NCBI GenBank assembly: GCA_029262155.1
Contig: JAJCZW010000103.1
Coordinates: forward strand, 1-54,002
Direction of reading: 5' to 3'
Source: Gemmatimonadota bacterium
Lineage (GTDB): Bacteria; Gemmatimonadota; Gemmatimonadetes; Gemmatimonadales; GWC2-71-9
DNA length: 54,002 nt
Positions 1-7,917 of the stretch are shown here, piece by piece. How positions within the stretch are numbered: the stretch's first letter is position 1; each line of letters opens with the position of its first letter. The translations under genes and the position numbers were made by a program. Below the pieces are notes generated by a model that did not search any database, was not told the DNA's origin, and was given only the letters and a program-made list of their open reading frames with translations.

Positions 1-465
1 GATCGGCTGCCCAAGGATCCTTTCCCCTGCGCGGTTGGCCAACTGGAGGGTTCGATCTGAAGAGAACGCGAACACGGCAACATCGATCTCCTCCATCACT
101 CTCCGGAGCAACGCATCGGCCTCCAACGCCCCCAATCGCTGCTCGGATAGCGTGCTCCCAAGCGCATTGATTTCGTGGAACACTTCGTGGAGCGGATCGT
201 CTGGCTGATCGCCGCGAGCGCGGAGGGTAAAATGACCTTCGCGAAGGCCGGCAAGAAGGTTCGTGATGGTCCGGAGTGGTCGAACCACCATCGCCCGCGC
301 GGCAAGGCCAATCCAGAGCCACGTGACGACGAGGCCGCCAATGACCGAAAGCCGGAGGGTGGTGGAGTGGGGTTCCGAATAGAGGAGGATGATGGCCGTG
401 AGCAGCATGGGGAGACCACTCCCCAGAATCAGGAGCAGCAGCCGGCGATCGAACCGAATTCCCAT
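1..465 (-). CDS. sensor histidine kinase, N-terminal part (gene runs off the left edge)
   Basis: Absent from the ORF track because it is edge-truncated. My translation of the minus strand from ATG (plus-strand cat 463-465) stays open to base 1: MGIRFDRRLLLLILGSGLPMLLTAIILLYSEPHSTTLRLSVIGGLVVTWLWIGLAARAMVVRPLRTITNLLAGLREGHFTLRARGDQPDDPLHEVFHEINALGSTLSEQR... It shows two hydrophobic segments followed by a HAMP-like linker. It starts 11 nt after the stop of the sigma-54 regulator gene (RR-HK pairing). Confidence 0.6.
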   Translation of the reverse strand, partial: MGIRFDRRLLLLILGSGLPMLLTAIILLYSEPHSTTLRLSVIGGLVVTWLWIGLAARAMVVRPLRTITNLLAGLREGHFTLRARGDQPDDPLHEVFHEINALGSTLSEQRLGALEADALLRRVMEEIDVAVFAFSSDRTLQLANRAGERILGQPI

Positions 466-475
466 CCGAAGAATC

Positions 476-1843
476 TCAGAGCCCAAAGCGCTGGAGCCGG
501 CGATACAGCGCACTCCGGCTCAGGCCAAGCTCCTTGGCCGCCATGCTGACATTACCGTCACAACGCCCCAGGGTACGCCGAATCATCTCGCGTTCCACAT
601 CCTCGAGCGTCTGGGTGTTGAGCGCTCCTCCATCCGCGGTGGACTCCGTGAGTCCGAGATCGTTCGCGCCGACAACCACCCCTTGGGCCATCAACACGCC
701 ACGCTCGACGGCATGCCCCAACTCCCGGACGTTCCCTGGCCAAGGATAGTGCCGCATGAGCAGCTCGGCGTCGGGAGCGAATTCCGCAAGGTTCTTCCGA
801 TACTTTGCACTGAATCGCCCCAGAAAGTACTGGGCGAGCGGTAGGAGATCTTCGGGTCGGTCACGCAGGGGTGGCAATGCCAACTCGATCGTATTGAGTC
901 GGAACAACAGATCTTCTCGGAACCGTCCTGTCGCCACCTCCGCTTTGAGATCGGCGTTCGTCGCCGCGAGCACGCGGACGTCCACCTGCCTCGTCCGCGA
1001 CGAGCCCACGCGCTCCAGGTCCCCCGTCTGGAGCACTCGGAGGAGCCGTGCCTGTTGCGACAATCCAATGTTAGCGATTTCGTCGAGAAAGAGTGTACCT
1101 TCGTCCGCTAGCTCAAACCGTCCGGCACGATCGCTCTTGGCGTCCGTAAACGCCCCCCGGACATGCCCAAAGAGTTCACTCTCGAACACCCCCTCCGAGA
1201 GCCCTCCCGCATTGACGATCACCAAGGGCTTCTCTCGCCGTCCACTCGCAGCATGAATCCAACGAGCCACAACTTCCTTTCCGGTCCCGTGTTCTCCCGT
1301 GATGAGCACATTCGCATCGCTTGGTGCCACCCGTTCCATGACGCTCAAGATCGGCCGCATGACCGGGGCATTCGCAATGAGATCAGGGAGCCCAGCTTGG
1401 GTGAGCCGCCGGTTCTCCGTGGCCAGGTGCTGCCCCATGCGCAGGGCGCGCGCAAGCGCGATCTGGGTGCGAAGCGTCGTCAGGAGTCGGGTGTTGTCCC
1501 ACGGTTTCTCAACGAAATCACTGGCACCGAGGCGCATCGCTTCGACCGCCTTGTCGACACTCCCCCAGGCCGTCATGACGACGACCGGAAGGATTGGATC
1601 GATGGCACGAATCCGACTGAGAAGATCCATTCCCTCCCGGCCGGAGGTTGTGTCACGGGTATAGTTGAGGTCGATGAGAGCCGCATCGACCGACTCTTGT
1701 TCCAGCAGCGCGGGAACCCCTTCGGGTACATTGGCCGTGACGGTCCGAAACCCTTCCGCCTTGAGGAGCAATCGCAACGCTTCGAGGACGTCGGCTTGGT
1801 CGTCGGCGATGAGAATAAGCGGTGGCGTCGTCGGAGGCGTCAT
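476..1843 (-). CDS. sigma-54-dependent response regulator (NtrC family)
   Basis: Contains a receiver (PLILIADDQADVLEALRLLLKAEGF), an AAA+ sigma-54 interaction domain (Walker A GEHGTGKE, loop ELFGHVRGAFTDA) and a C-terminal Fis-type HTH (NVSMAAKELGLSRSALYRRL). I placed the start at ATG 1841-1843, where the receiver begins. The track ORF extends to 2047 with a 68-aa S/P-rich extension that I cannot fully exclude. Confidence 0.9.
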   Translation of the reverse strand: MTPPTTPPLILIADDQADVLEALRLLLKAEGFRTVTANVPEGVPALLEQESVDAALIDLNYTRDTTSGREGMDLLSRIRAIDPILPVVVMTAWGSVDKAVEAMRLGASDFVEKPWDNTRLLTTLRTQIALARALRMGQHLATENRRLTQAGLPDLIANAPVMRPILSVMERVAPSDANVLITGEHGTGKEVVARWIHAASGRREKPLVIVNAGGLSEGVFESELFGHVRGAFTDAKSDRAGRFELADEGTLFLDEIANIGLSQQARLLRVLQTGDLERVGSSRTRQVDVRVLAATNADLKAEVATGRFREDLLFRLNTIELALPPLRDRPEDLLPLAQYFLGRFSAKYRKNLAEFAPDAELLMRHYPWPGNVRELGHAVERGVLMAQGVVVGANDLGLTESTADGGALNTQTLEDVEREMIRRTLGRCDGNVSMAAKELGLSRSALYRRLQRFGL

Positions 1844-2080
1844 GGAGAAGGAATATCGGGTCGGGAGGGAGTGGGCGTCGGGATCGCGGAACCTGGAGGA
1901 CAGGTTGGGGAACAGGGAATCTGGAGAGAGGCGCGCTGCATAGGAGTAGGATATCCCGGAACTTTCAGGGAGGCTAGGCAGTGGTGAGCTTCGCGGCGAG
2001 GTCGTGAGAGGTCCGGCAAACCCTGTCTCCCACGGCAAGAGTGTCATCCGGTCTGGAAGCGTCGCCGGACCAGCAGGGAC

Positions 2081-2755
2081 CTACTCCATACCCTCACCAA
2101 CCACCCACCCATCCTTCAGCTGGATGATGCGGTTTCCATATCGCGCGTTCTCCTCGGAATGCGTGACCTGGACGATCGTGGTTCCCTCTCGATTCAGCCG
2201 AGTGAAGAGCTCCATGATTTCGCGGGCCTGACTGGAGTGGAGGTTTCCCGTCGGTTCATCGGCGAGGATGATCTTCGGTTCGGCCACCACCGCCCGGGCG
2301 ACACCCACGAGTTGTTGTTGCCCCCCGGAGAGCTGGTTGGGGAAGAGGTCCTTCTTTCCCACGATATGGAAACGATCCAGGATATCGGCCACCATGGATT
2401 GGCGTTCCGATCGACTGTAGTTGCGATACGAGAGGGGCGTTTCGAGGTTCTCGTAGACGGTCAGGCTGTCGAGCAGATGGTACTGCTGAAACACGAAACC
2501 AATATTCCCCTTGTTGAGATCGGCACGTTGCCGAGGCTTCATGGCATGCACCGGGTGATCGAGGAAGAAGAACTCTCCGCTCCAATCGGAGTCGAGCATG
2601 CCCAGAATCCCAAGCAGGGTTGACTTCCCTGCCCCGGATGGCCCCATGATGGTGACAAACTCACCCGGCTCGATTGCGAGCGTCACCCTACGTAAGACAT
2701 AGGACCGGGTCGCGCCGGTTGGGTAGGATTTTTCGACATCGACAAGCCGGATCAT
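2081..2755 (-). CDS. ABC transporter ATP-binding protein (MacB/LolD-type, soluble)
   Basis: Walker [11 protein letters not shown]-loop, signature LSGGQQQ, Walker [13 protein letters not shown]-loop VTHS. 224 aa with no TM domain. Confidence 0.9.
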   Translation of the reverse strand: MIRLVDVEKSYPTGATRSYVLRRVTLAIEPGEFVTIMGPSGAGKSTLLGILGMLDSDWSGEFFFLDHPVHAMKPRQRADLNKGNIGFVFQQYHLLDSLTVYENLETPLSYRNYSRSERQSMVADILDRFHIVGKKDLFPNQLSGGQQQLVGVARAVVAEPKIILADEPTGNLHSSQAREIMELFTRLNREGTTIVQVTHSEENARYGNRIIQLKDGWVVGEGME

Positions 2756-2831
2756 AGCGCGACCTTTAGCAATAGAAGGACGGAGACCGAACGCATAGGA
2801 AGTGTACTCCCATCCTTCCTAATTCCTATCT

Positions 2832-3545
2832 CTACTCCGCCCCCACCAACGCCGGTTCCCCCTCTTCGACAACCTTTCCGTCGAAGAGATGCACCTCACG
2901 ATCGGCGTGCCGGGCATAGCGCGGGTCATGCGTTACCATGCAGATCGTCGCGCCACCACGGTGCAGATCCCGAAGCAATTCCATCACCGCCTCACCGTTT
3001 TGGGAATCGAGATTCCCCGTGGGCTCGTCGGCAAGCAGGATCGCCGGATCACCCGCGACTGCCCGAGCGACGGCGACACGCTGTTGCTGACCCCCGGACA
3101 GCTGGGAGGGGTAGTGCTTCATCCGATGAGCCATCCCCACCTTTTCGAGGGCGGCTTGAACCCGCTGCGATCGTTCCGACGAAGGCATTCCCCTATAGGT
3201 GAGGGGCAACTCAACATTTTCGTAGACACTGAGATCGCCGATCAGATTGAAGGCCTGGAAGATGAACCCAATCTGCCGGTTCCGAACCCGGGCTCGCTCC
3301 GATGGAGTCAGGGACGAGACCGGTTGACCGGCTAGGGTATAGGTCCCCCCTGTGGGCGTGTCCAGGAGACCCAGGATCGACAACAGCGTCGTCTTGCCGC
3401 ACCCCGAAGGGCCGCTAATGGCTGCATACTCTCCCTTCTTGATCTCCAGGTGAATATCGGCCAACGCATGGGTCTCAAGTTCTTCGGTATAAAACACCTT
3501 CTTGACACCATCGAGCTTGATCAAGATTTCTTGGGGTGCGTTCAT
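2832..3545 (-). CDS. ABC transporter ATP-binding protein (MacB/LolD-type, soluble)
   Basis: Walker A GPSGCGKTT, signature LSGGQQQRVAVARA, Walker [13 protein letters not shown]-loop VTHD. 237 aa. Confidence 0.9.
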   Translation of the reverse strand: MNAPQEILIKLDGVKKVFYTEELETHALADIHLEIKKGEYAAISGPSGCGKTTLLSILGLLDTPTGGTYTLAGQPVSSLTPSERARVRNRQIGFIFQAFNLIGDLSVYENVELPLTYRGMPSSERSQRVQAALEKVGMAHRMKHYPSQLSGGQQQRVAVARAVAGDPAILLADEPTGNLDSQNGEAVMELLRDLHRGGATICMVTHDPRYARHADREVHLFDGKVVEEGEPALVGAE

Positions 3546-3600
3546 GCCATCGCCTCACGAAGGGGGGCACTTTGCCCGTGATGCAGCATTGGAAGAGGTC

Positions 3601-4848
3601 TCACTTGATGCGGACGCGGTCGACGGCATCGAAGCGTCCCATATCTGAAAGAATCAGTACGTCACCCGCCACCACTCCACTCACGATCTCCACCTGATTC
3701 ACCGAGGTCCGCCCGAGTTGCACGCTGATGCGGACGGCGTGGGTTCCATTATCGACCAGTTTGAAGAGTCCCACGGTCGAATTGGCTTGGCCATAGGCGG
3801 GCCGACCAGTATGGAGAACATCGGAGAGACGTTCAATCTCGATCACCCCATCGATGCTCAGATCGGGTCGTGCGCCACTCGGCGGCTCGCCATCGAGACC
3901 CACATCCACGGTCACCGTGCCGTTGATCACGGCCGGATCGATCCGAGCCACATGACCCTTTGCCAAGCCGTTTCGCGTGTCGATCGTCGCCGATTGCCCA
4001 ACCTGAATGTCTTTGGCCTGCACCTCCGGGATACGGAGGACCGCCTTCAGTCGCTGGGGAACCGGAACGATGCGCGCCAGCACGGCACCAGGATTTGCCC
4101 ACTGTCCCACCTGCAATGGCACCTCCTGGAGCACACCGGTGGCACCTGCACGCACGACCATCGACCGGACCTGCTGCTGTTGAAACCGAGCGATCGACTT
4201 GAGTCGATCTACCTGTTGGACCTGCGCCGCGATCTGGCTATCGATCGTCGAGGAGAGGAGGGCCAGCCGCTCCGATTCGATGCGGAACCGCTCCCGATAC
4301 GCATCCGCCTTGTCCTGTGCCTCCTGCTGGTCAAGCGGGATGATGAGACCTTTCTTGAGCAATTCTGCCCCTGCTGCTGCCCGTCGCTTCGCGTCGGCCG
4401 CCTGTTGCTTGAGATCGGTGACGAGCGAGGCCTGACTCAATCGACCATTCTCAAGATTTGTCCGCAGGGTCACCAGAGCGGCTTCGGCATCGCTGAGTTG
4501 CCGCTCCGCATTCAGCGCCTGGATTTGGACATCAGGATTGCTCAGTTCCATCAACACCGTACTCACTTCCACCTCCGCCCCGGGGAGGAGGTGAATGCGT
4601 TCAATCCGGCCAGCGGTCACGGCCGAGATGAATCGGAGGTTCTCCGGCACCAATGTGCCGGGGCCTCTCACCTCGCGGACCATCTGACCACGTATCACAG
4701 AATCGACATACAGAATGCCCCGATCCACCGTCGGAGCCGCTGGCTTCATCCGACCCAAAGCCACGGTGGCAACCACAACCACACCAACGACTGCCGCTAT
4801 GGTGATCCATCGTTTTGTCTTCTTGGGGGGATCCCTCTGGATGTCCAC
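3601..4848 (-). CDS. HlyD-family efflux adaptor (membrane fusion protein)
   Basis: Has an N-terminal membrane anchor (WITIAAVVGVVVVATVAL), a long coiled-coil middle section and a beta-rich C-terminus. GTG start at 4846-4848 is preceded by GGAGG (rc of 4854-4858). Confidence 0.85.
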   Translation of the reverse strand: MDIQRDPPKKTKRWITIAAVVGVVVVATVALGRMKPAAPTVDRGILYVDSVIRGQMVREVRGPGTLVPENLRFISAVTAGRIERIHLLPGAEVEVSTVLMELSNPDVQIQALNAERQLSDAEAALVTLRTNLENGRLSQASLVTDLKQQAADAKRRAAAGAELLKKGLIIPLDQQEAQDKADAYRERFRIESERLALLSSTIDSQIAAQVQQVDRLKSIARFQQQQVRSMVVRAGATGVLQEVPLQVGQWANPGAVLARIVPVPQRLKAVLRIPEVQAKDIQVGQSATIDTRNGLAKGHVARIDPAVINGTVTVDVGLDGEPPSGARPDLSIDGVIEIERLSDVLHTGRPAYGQANSTVGLFKLVDNGTHAVRISVQLGRTSVNQVEIVSGVVAGDVLILSDMGRFDAVDRVRIK

Positions 4849-4897
4849 TCAGGCCTCCGGCAGCCTACGGTAAGCGTTACTTTCCCCAGACCTGAGG

Positions 4898-4912
4898 GGA
4901 AGTTGCGTGCCG
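4898..4912 (-). promoter_or_regulatory. candidate sigma-54 -24/-12 promoter for the HlyD operon (imperfect)
   Basis: The minus strand reads CGGCACGCAACTTCC, against the consensus TGGCACG-N4-TTGC. GGCACG is perfect and the spacing is correct. The -12 element is TTCC instead of TTGC. It lies about 50 nt upstream of the GTG start. Confidence 0.25.
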
Positions 4913-4987
4913 CGACCGGTTAAGCCATGTAACTCATTGTTTTACATATAGCTACACTCTTATGAACGCCCGGGAGCAACCTCTCAA

Positions 4988-5028
4988 TCCGTCCGGATTC
5001 GGGATCCGGCGTCCCAATACCGGACGGA
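4988..5028. terminator. 9-bp inverted repeat (TCCGTCCGG / CCGGACGGA) with nested palindromes; possible terminator of the peptidase gene or an activator binding site
   Basis: Bases 4988-4996 pair perfectly with 5020-5028. An inner CCGGAT/ATCCGG pair lies at 4993-4998 / 5004-5009. It sits 44 nt downstream of the M28 peptidase stop and about 140-180 nt upstream of the HlyD start. No U-tract follows it. Confidence 0.35.
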
Positions 5029-5071
5029 CCAAGTACCAAGTGCCAAGCGCCTCACGACCCGCGGCGAGTCG

Positions 5072-6634
5072 CTAGCGTGTCGATTGACCCGAAGACCTCG
5101 CCGGGGTTCGACAGGTTGGCCACGAGCGTGGAGCGCCGTCGCGTCCCGGCCCGACGATCCGTTGCACGCGTGGGGTCGGTCCCGCCTCTTCGCTGGCCAT
5201 GAATGCGAGCATGGCCGTCAGCGTCGCGTTAGCCTTGAGTTCGTCGGCAACGACTTTGTCATAGGTATCGCGATTGGTGTGCCACGTGTACCGCCCATAA
5301 TCCCACCGCAGCGCACCCAACCCAAACCCGGGGGCACCATGGCAGAGGAACGATGAGTGATCCGACCCACCGCCTGCCGGATTCCCCGGGAGCGACAGAT
5401 TGATCTCCCGGGAAAGTTCGCTGGGGAGCCGGGCCACCCAGCTCGCGATGCGGGCGCTCGCGCCGGTTAGCCCGGATGCTGACATATTGACGACTCGCCC
5501 GGTTCCGTTGTCTTGGTTAAAAAGGGCCTGCAGTCCTCCAACGATCTCCGGGTGATCCTCGGCGAACGCGAGTGACCCATTCAACCCTTGCTCCTCGCCA
5601 CTCCAATGCCCGACGAGAATCGTCCTGCGAGGATTGGGATAGGTCGCCTTCAGAATCCGCATCGCTTCGAGCATGGTAACGGTGCCGGTCCCGTTATCGG
5701 TGGCCCCGCTGGAGCCATCCCAGGAGTCGAAGTGTGCCGACAGCATGACATATTCGTCTGGAAGTTCAGAACCGCGCATCTCAGCGACGACATTGAAGAC
5801 GGGGACCTCACCGAGGAATTCGGCATCGGCTGTCACCTGAAGGCGGGGGAGCTGGCCACGCTCGGCGAGCCGGGACAGGAGACCGTAGTCCTCGCAGCTA
5901 AGCTCAAGAGTAGGTACCTTTCCGGTGCGGGCTTGAAAGATCCGTGTGACACCCCACCCACCGGACCAGAGCGAGGTCAAGATTCCTGCGGCCCCCGCCT
6001 CTTCAAGGAGGACGGGAAGCGTCCTGGTGGTGAATCCGGTCTTTCGCACTCGGTTGCCCCAATTTTGGCGGCCAGTATTCCGCTCCTGGATCATGTCGTC
6101 ATACGTCTCCGAACGCGCAGAGCTTTGGAAGCTGTCGTCCGGACGACAGCTCCGCATCGGCTGACTGAGCAGGACAAACTTTCCACGCACGAATGGGAGC
6201 CATGCTGCATAGGCTGCTGAATCAGGGAGGTCGGGGAGTTGGATGACATCACCGGTAACCGGACGTCCCCCGGTGCCCGGGCTCCAAGCGAGCATCATCC
6301 CTTCGAGGGAACGAACACGCGGACCCACCAAATCGATATGGGTGGTCCCGCGACGCCAGCCAAGCCAGGTGCCGTACTGTTCCGCGCGGGATGGGATTCC
6401 CCACCCCTGGTACAACGACTCCAGCCACGCTTGGCCAGCCACGATCCCCGGGCTCCCGGTGAGCCGAGGCCCGATGGAATCGGTTAGGGTCTGGATGAGG
6501 GCATCGGCCTGCGATTGGTCCATGCCAACCCGCCACATCTGCTCCAGCGTGGCATCCCTCGTTGGGAACCCTTGGGCGGCAAGAGGGATGGGTACCAGCA
6601 TCACAGTGGCGAAGAGAAGAGACGGCAAACGCAT
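5072..6634 (-). CDS. secreted M28-family metallo-aminopeptidase
   Basis: Signal peptide MRLPSLLFATVMLVPIPLAAQG. M28 zinc-ligand motifs HFDSWDGSSGATDNGTGT, GEEQGLNGS and GGSDHSSF. Confidence 0.85.
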   Translation of the reverse strand: MRLPSLLFATVMLVPIPLAAQGFPTRDATLEQMWRVGMDQSQADALIQTLTDSIGPRLTGSPGIVAGQAWLESLYQGWGIPSRAEQYGTWLGWRRGTTHIDLVGPRVRSLEGMMLAWSPGTGGRPVTGDVIQLPDLPDSAAYAAWLPFVRGKFVLLSQPMRSCRPDDSFQSSARSETYDDMIQERNTGRQNWGNRVRKTGFTTRTLPVLLEEAGAAGILTSLWSGGWGVTRIFQARTGKVPTLELSCEDYGLLSRLAERGQLPRLQVTADAEFLGEVPVFNVVAEMRGSELPDEYVMLSAHFDSWDGSSGATDNGTGTVTMLEAMRILKATYPNPRRTILVGHWSGEEQGLNGSLAFAEDHPEIVGGLQALFNQDNGTGRVVNMSASGLTGASARIASWVARLPSELSREINLSLPGNPAGGGSDHSSFLCHGAPGFGLGALRWDYGRYTWHTNRDTYDKVVADELKANATLTAMLAFMASEEAGPTPRVQRIVGPGRDGAPRSWPTCRTPARSSGQSTR

Positions 6635-6720
6635 AATGGACTCCGGTCGATACTGGGGTCAGTCATCGGGGGCCCTCAGGCGGGACCCCATCCATCACGA
6701 ATCTAGAGGAGAATCTGTCG

Positions 6721-7917
6721 GTGACCAATAACGACATCGCGACCGTCACGGGGTGGCTCGCGACTGGCACACGGGGAGATGGGTTTCTCCGAAGACGCGA
6801 ATCTGGCTACCTCCCGACCGGCGGGGATCCAGTGGTCCCGGCATCGCTGATCCGCCAGTATGATTTGCGTAAGGGTGACGAAATAGCAGGAACGATGAGC
6901 AGCGGTGAGCCCCAAGAGAACGGAGCCCCCTCTCGCAATCGACGAGGGCGGGGACGAGGACGGGGTCGGGGCCGTGGAGGATCGCGTGGGGGGAGTCGTT
7001 CGAGTACCGCCGTTGCCAAGATTCAGACCGTCAACGGAGTCGAGGTAGAGGAGATCGGGAGCCGACCGGCATTTACCCGTCTCCGCGCAATCGCTCCCCG
7101 TGAGCGGCTCCAGCTCGACCATGAGAGCCTGTCCAAACAAGCCCGCATGATCAATCGCAGCATCGACCTCTTTGCCCCGGTTGGCTGGGGCCAGCGCACC
7201 TTGATCGTGGCTCCCGCCAAGGCCGGAAAAACAACAATCCTTCAAGCCATCGCCGCAGGTATCACCGCCAACCACCCGACGACCCGCCTCTTTATCCTTC
7301 TGGTGGATGAACGACCCGAAGAAGTGACGGATATGGAGGCGTGTGATGTGGGGGAGGTCATTGCCTCAAGCTTCGATTCGCCTCCTGATCAACATATTCT
7401 TTTGGCCGAGATGACCCTGGAGCGGGCGCGGCGGGAGGTAGAGGGCGGCGGCCACGCGGTCATCATCCTCGACTCACTCACCCGGTTGGCTCGGGCCTAC
7501 AACACCGTCGAGCGTGGATCGGGACGCACCCTATCCGGGGGCATGGACTCCGAGGCGATGGAACACCCCAAGCGCTTCTTTGGCAGTGCGCGGGCGGTCC
7601 ATCCCGATACCGGTGGGGGATCACTTACCATCGTGGCGACCGCACTCATCGACACCGGATCACGACTCGATCAGGTCATTTTCGAGGAATTCAAGGGGAC
7701 GGGGAATAGCGAAGTCGTGCTCAATCGATCGCTCGCCGAACGGCGCATCTTCCCTGCTATCGACCTGGCCGCAAGCGGGACCCGACGAGAAGAGTTATTG
7801 CTGACGAAGGAGGAGATGGACCGGGCCTTTCAACTTCGGAAGGATTGGGCAAACGTTCCTATCCTGCAGGCAACGCCTGCCCTTCTCGATGAAATCGGCC
7901 GCGACCTTCGCACTTAA
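6721..7917 (+). CDS. rho: transcription termination factor Rho (atypical N-terminus)
   Basis: Walker A VAPAKAGKT, then LLVDERPEEVTDM, DSLTRLARAYN and EEFKGTGNSE. GTG start at 6721 has AGGAG at 6706-6710 and an in-frame TAG at 6703-6705. Confidence 0.9.
   Translation: MTNNDIATVTGWLATGTRGDGFLRRRESGYLPTGGDPVVPASLIRQYDLRKGDEIAGTMSSGEPQENGAPSRNRRGRGRGRGRGRGGSRGGSRSSTAVAKIQTVNGVEVEEIGSRPAFTRLRAIAPRERLQLDHESLSKQARMINRSIDLFAPVGWGQRTLIVAPAKAGKTTILQAIAAGITANHPTTRLFILLVDERPEEVTDMEACDVGEVIASSFDSPPDQHILLAEMTLERARREVEGGGHAVIILDSLTRLARAYNTVERGSGRTLSGGMDSEAMEHPKRFFGSARAVHPDTGGGSLTIVATALIDTGSRLDQVIFEEFKGTGNSEVVLNRSLAERRIFPAIDLAASGTRREELLLTKEEMDRAFQLRKDWANVPILQATPALLDEIGRDLRT
6940..7005 (+). repeat. coding Arg-Gly repeat (RRGRGRGRGRGRGGSRGGSRSS) inside rho
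   Basis: Codons CGA CGA GGG CGG GGA CGA GGA CGG GGT CGG GGC CGT GGA GGA TCG CGT GGG GGG AGT CGT, read in the rho frame. Confidence 0.9.

Noticed and set aside
2796-2821. Hairpin TAGGAAG-N12-CTTCCTA between the two ABC ATPase genes
   Set aside because: The stem is short (7 bp) and sits in a 76-nt intercistronic spacer. It could affect mRNA processing, but the evidence is too weak to call.
3718-4923. 401-aa plus-strand ORF
   Set aside because: It is antisense to the HlyD gene. The His/Arg/Pro-rich shadow ORF is typical of GC-rich DNA, and I recognised no motifs.
5040-5045. Perfect TGGCAC on the minus strand (possible sigma-54 -24 box)
   Set aside because: No GC dinucleotide occurs at the required GG-N10-GC spacing. 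The hexamer is part of the CCAAG heptad repeat.
7914-7917. rho and fadJ stop codons share the palindrome TTAA (convergent 4-nt overlap)
   Set aside because: This is real in the sequence but is a compact-genome curiosity. It leaves no room for a terminator, and I cannot argue for a functional consequence.
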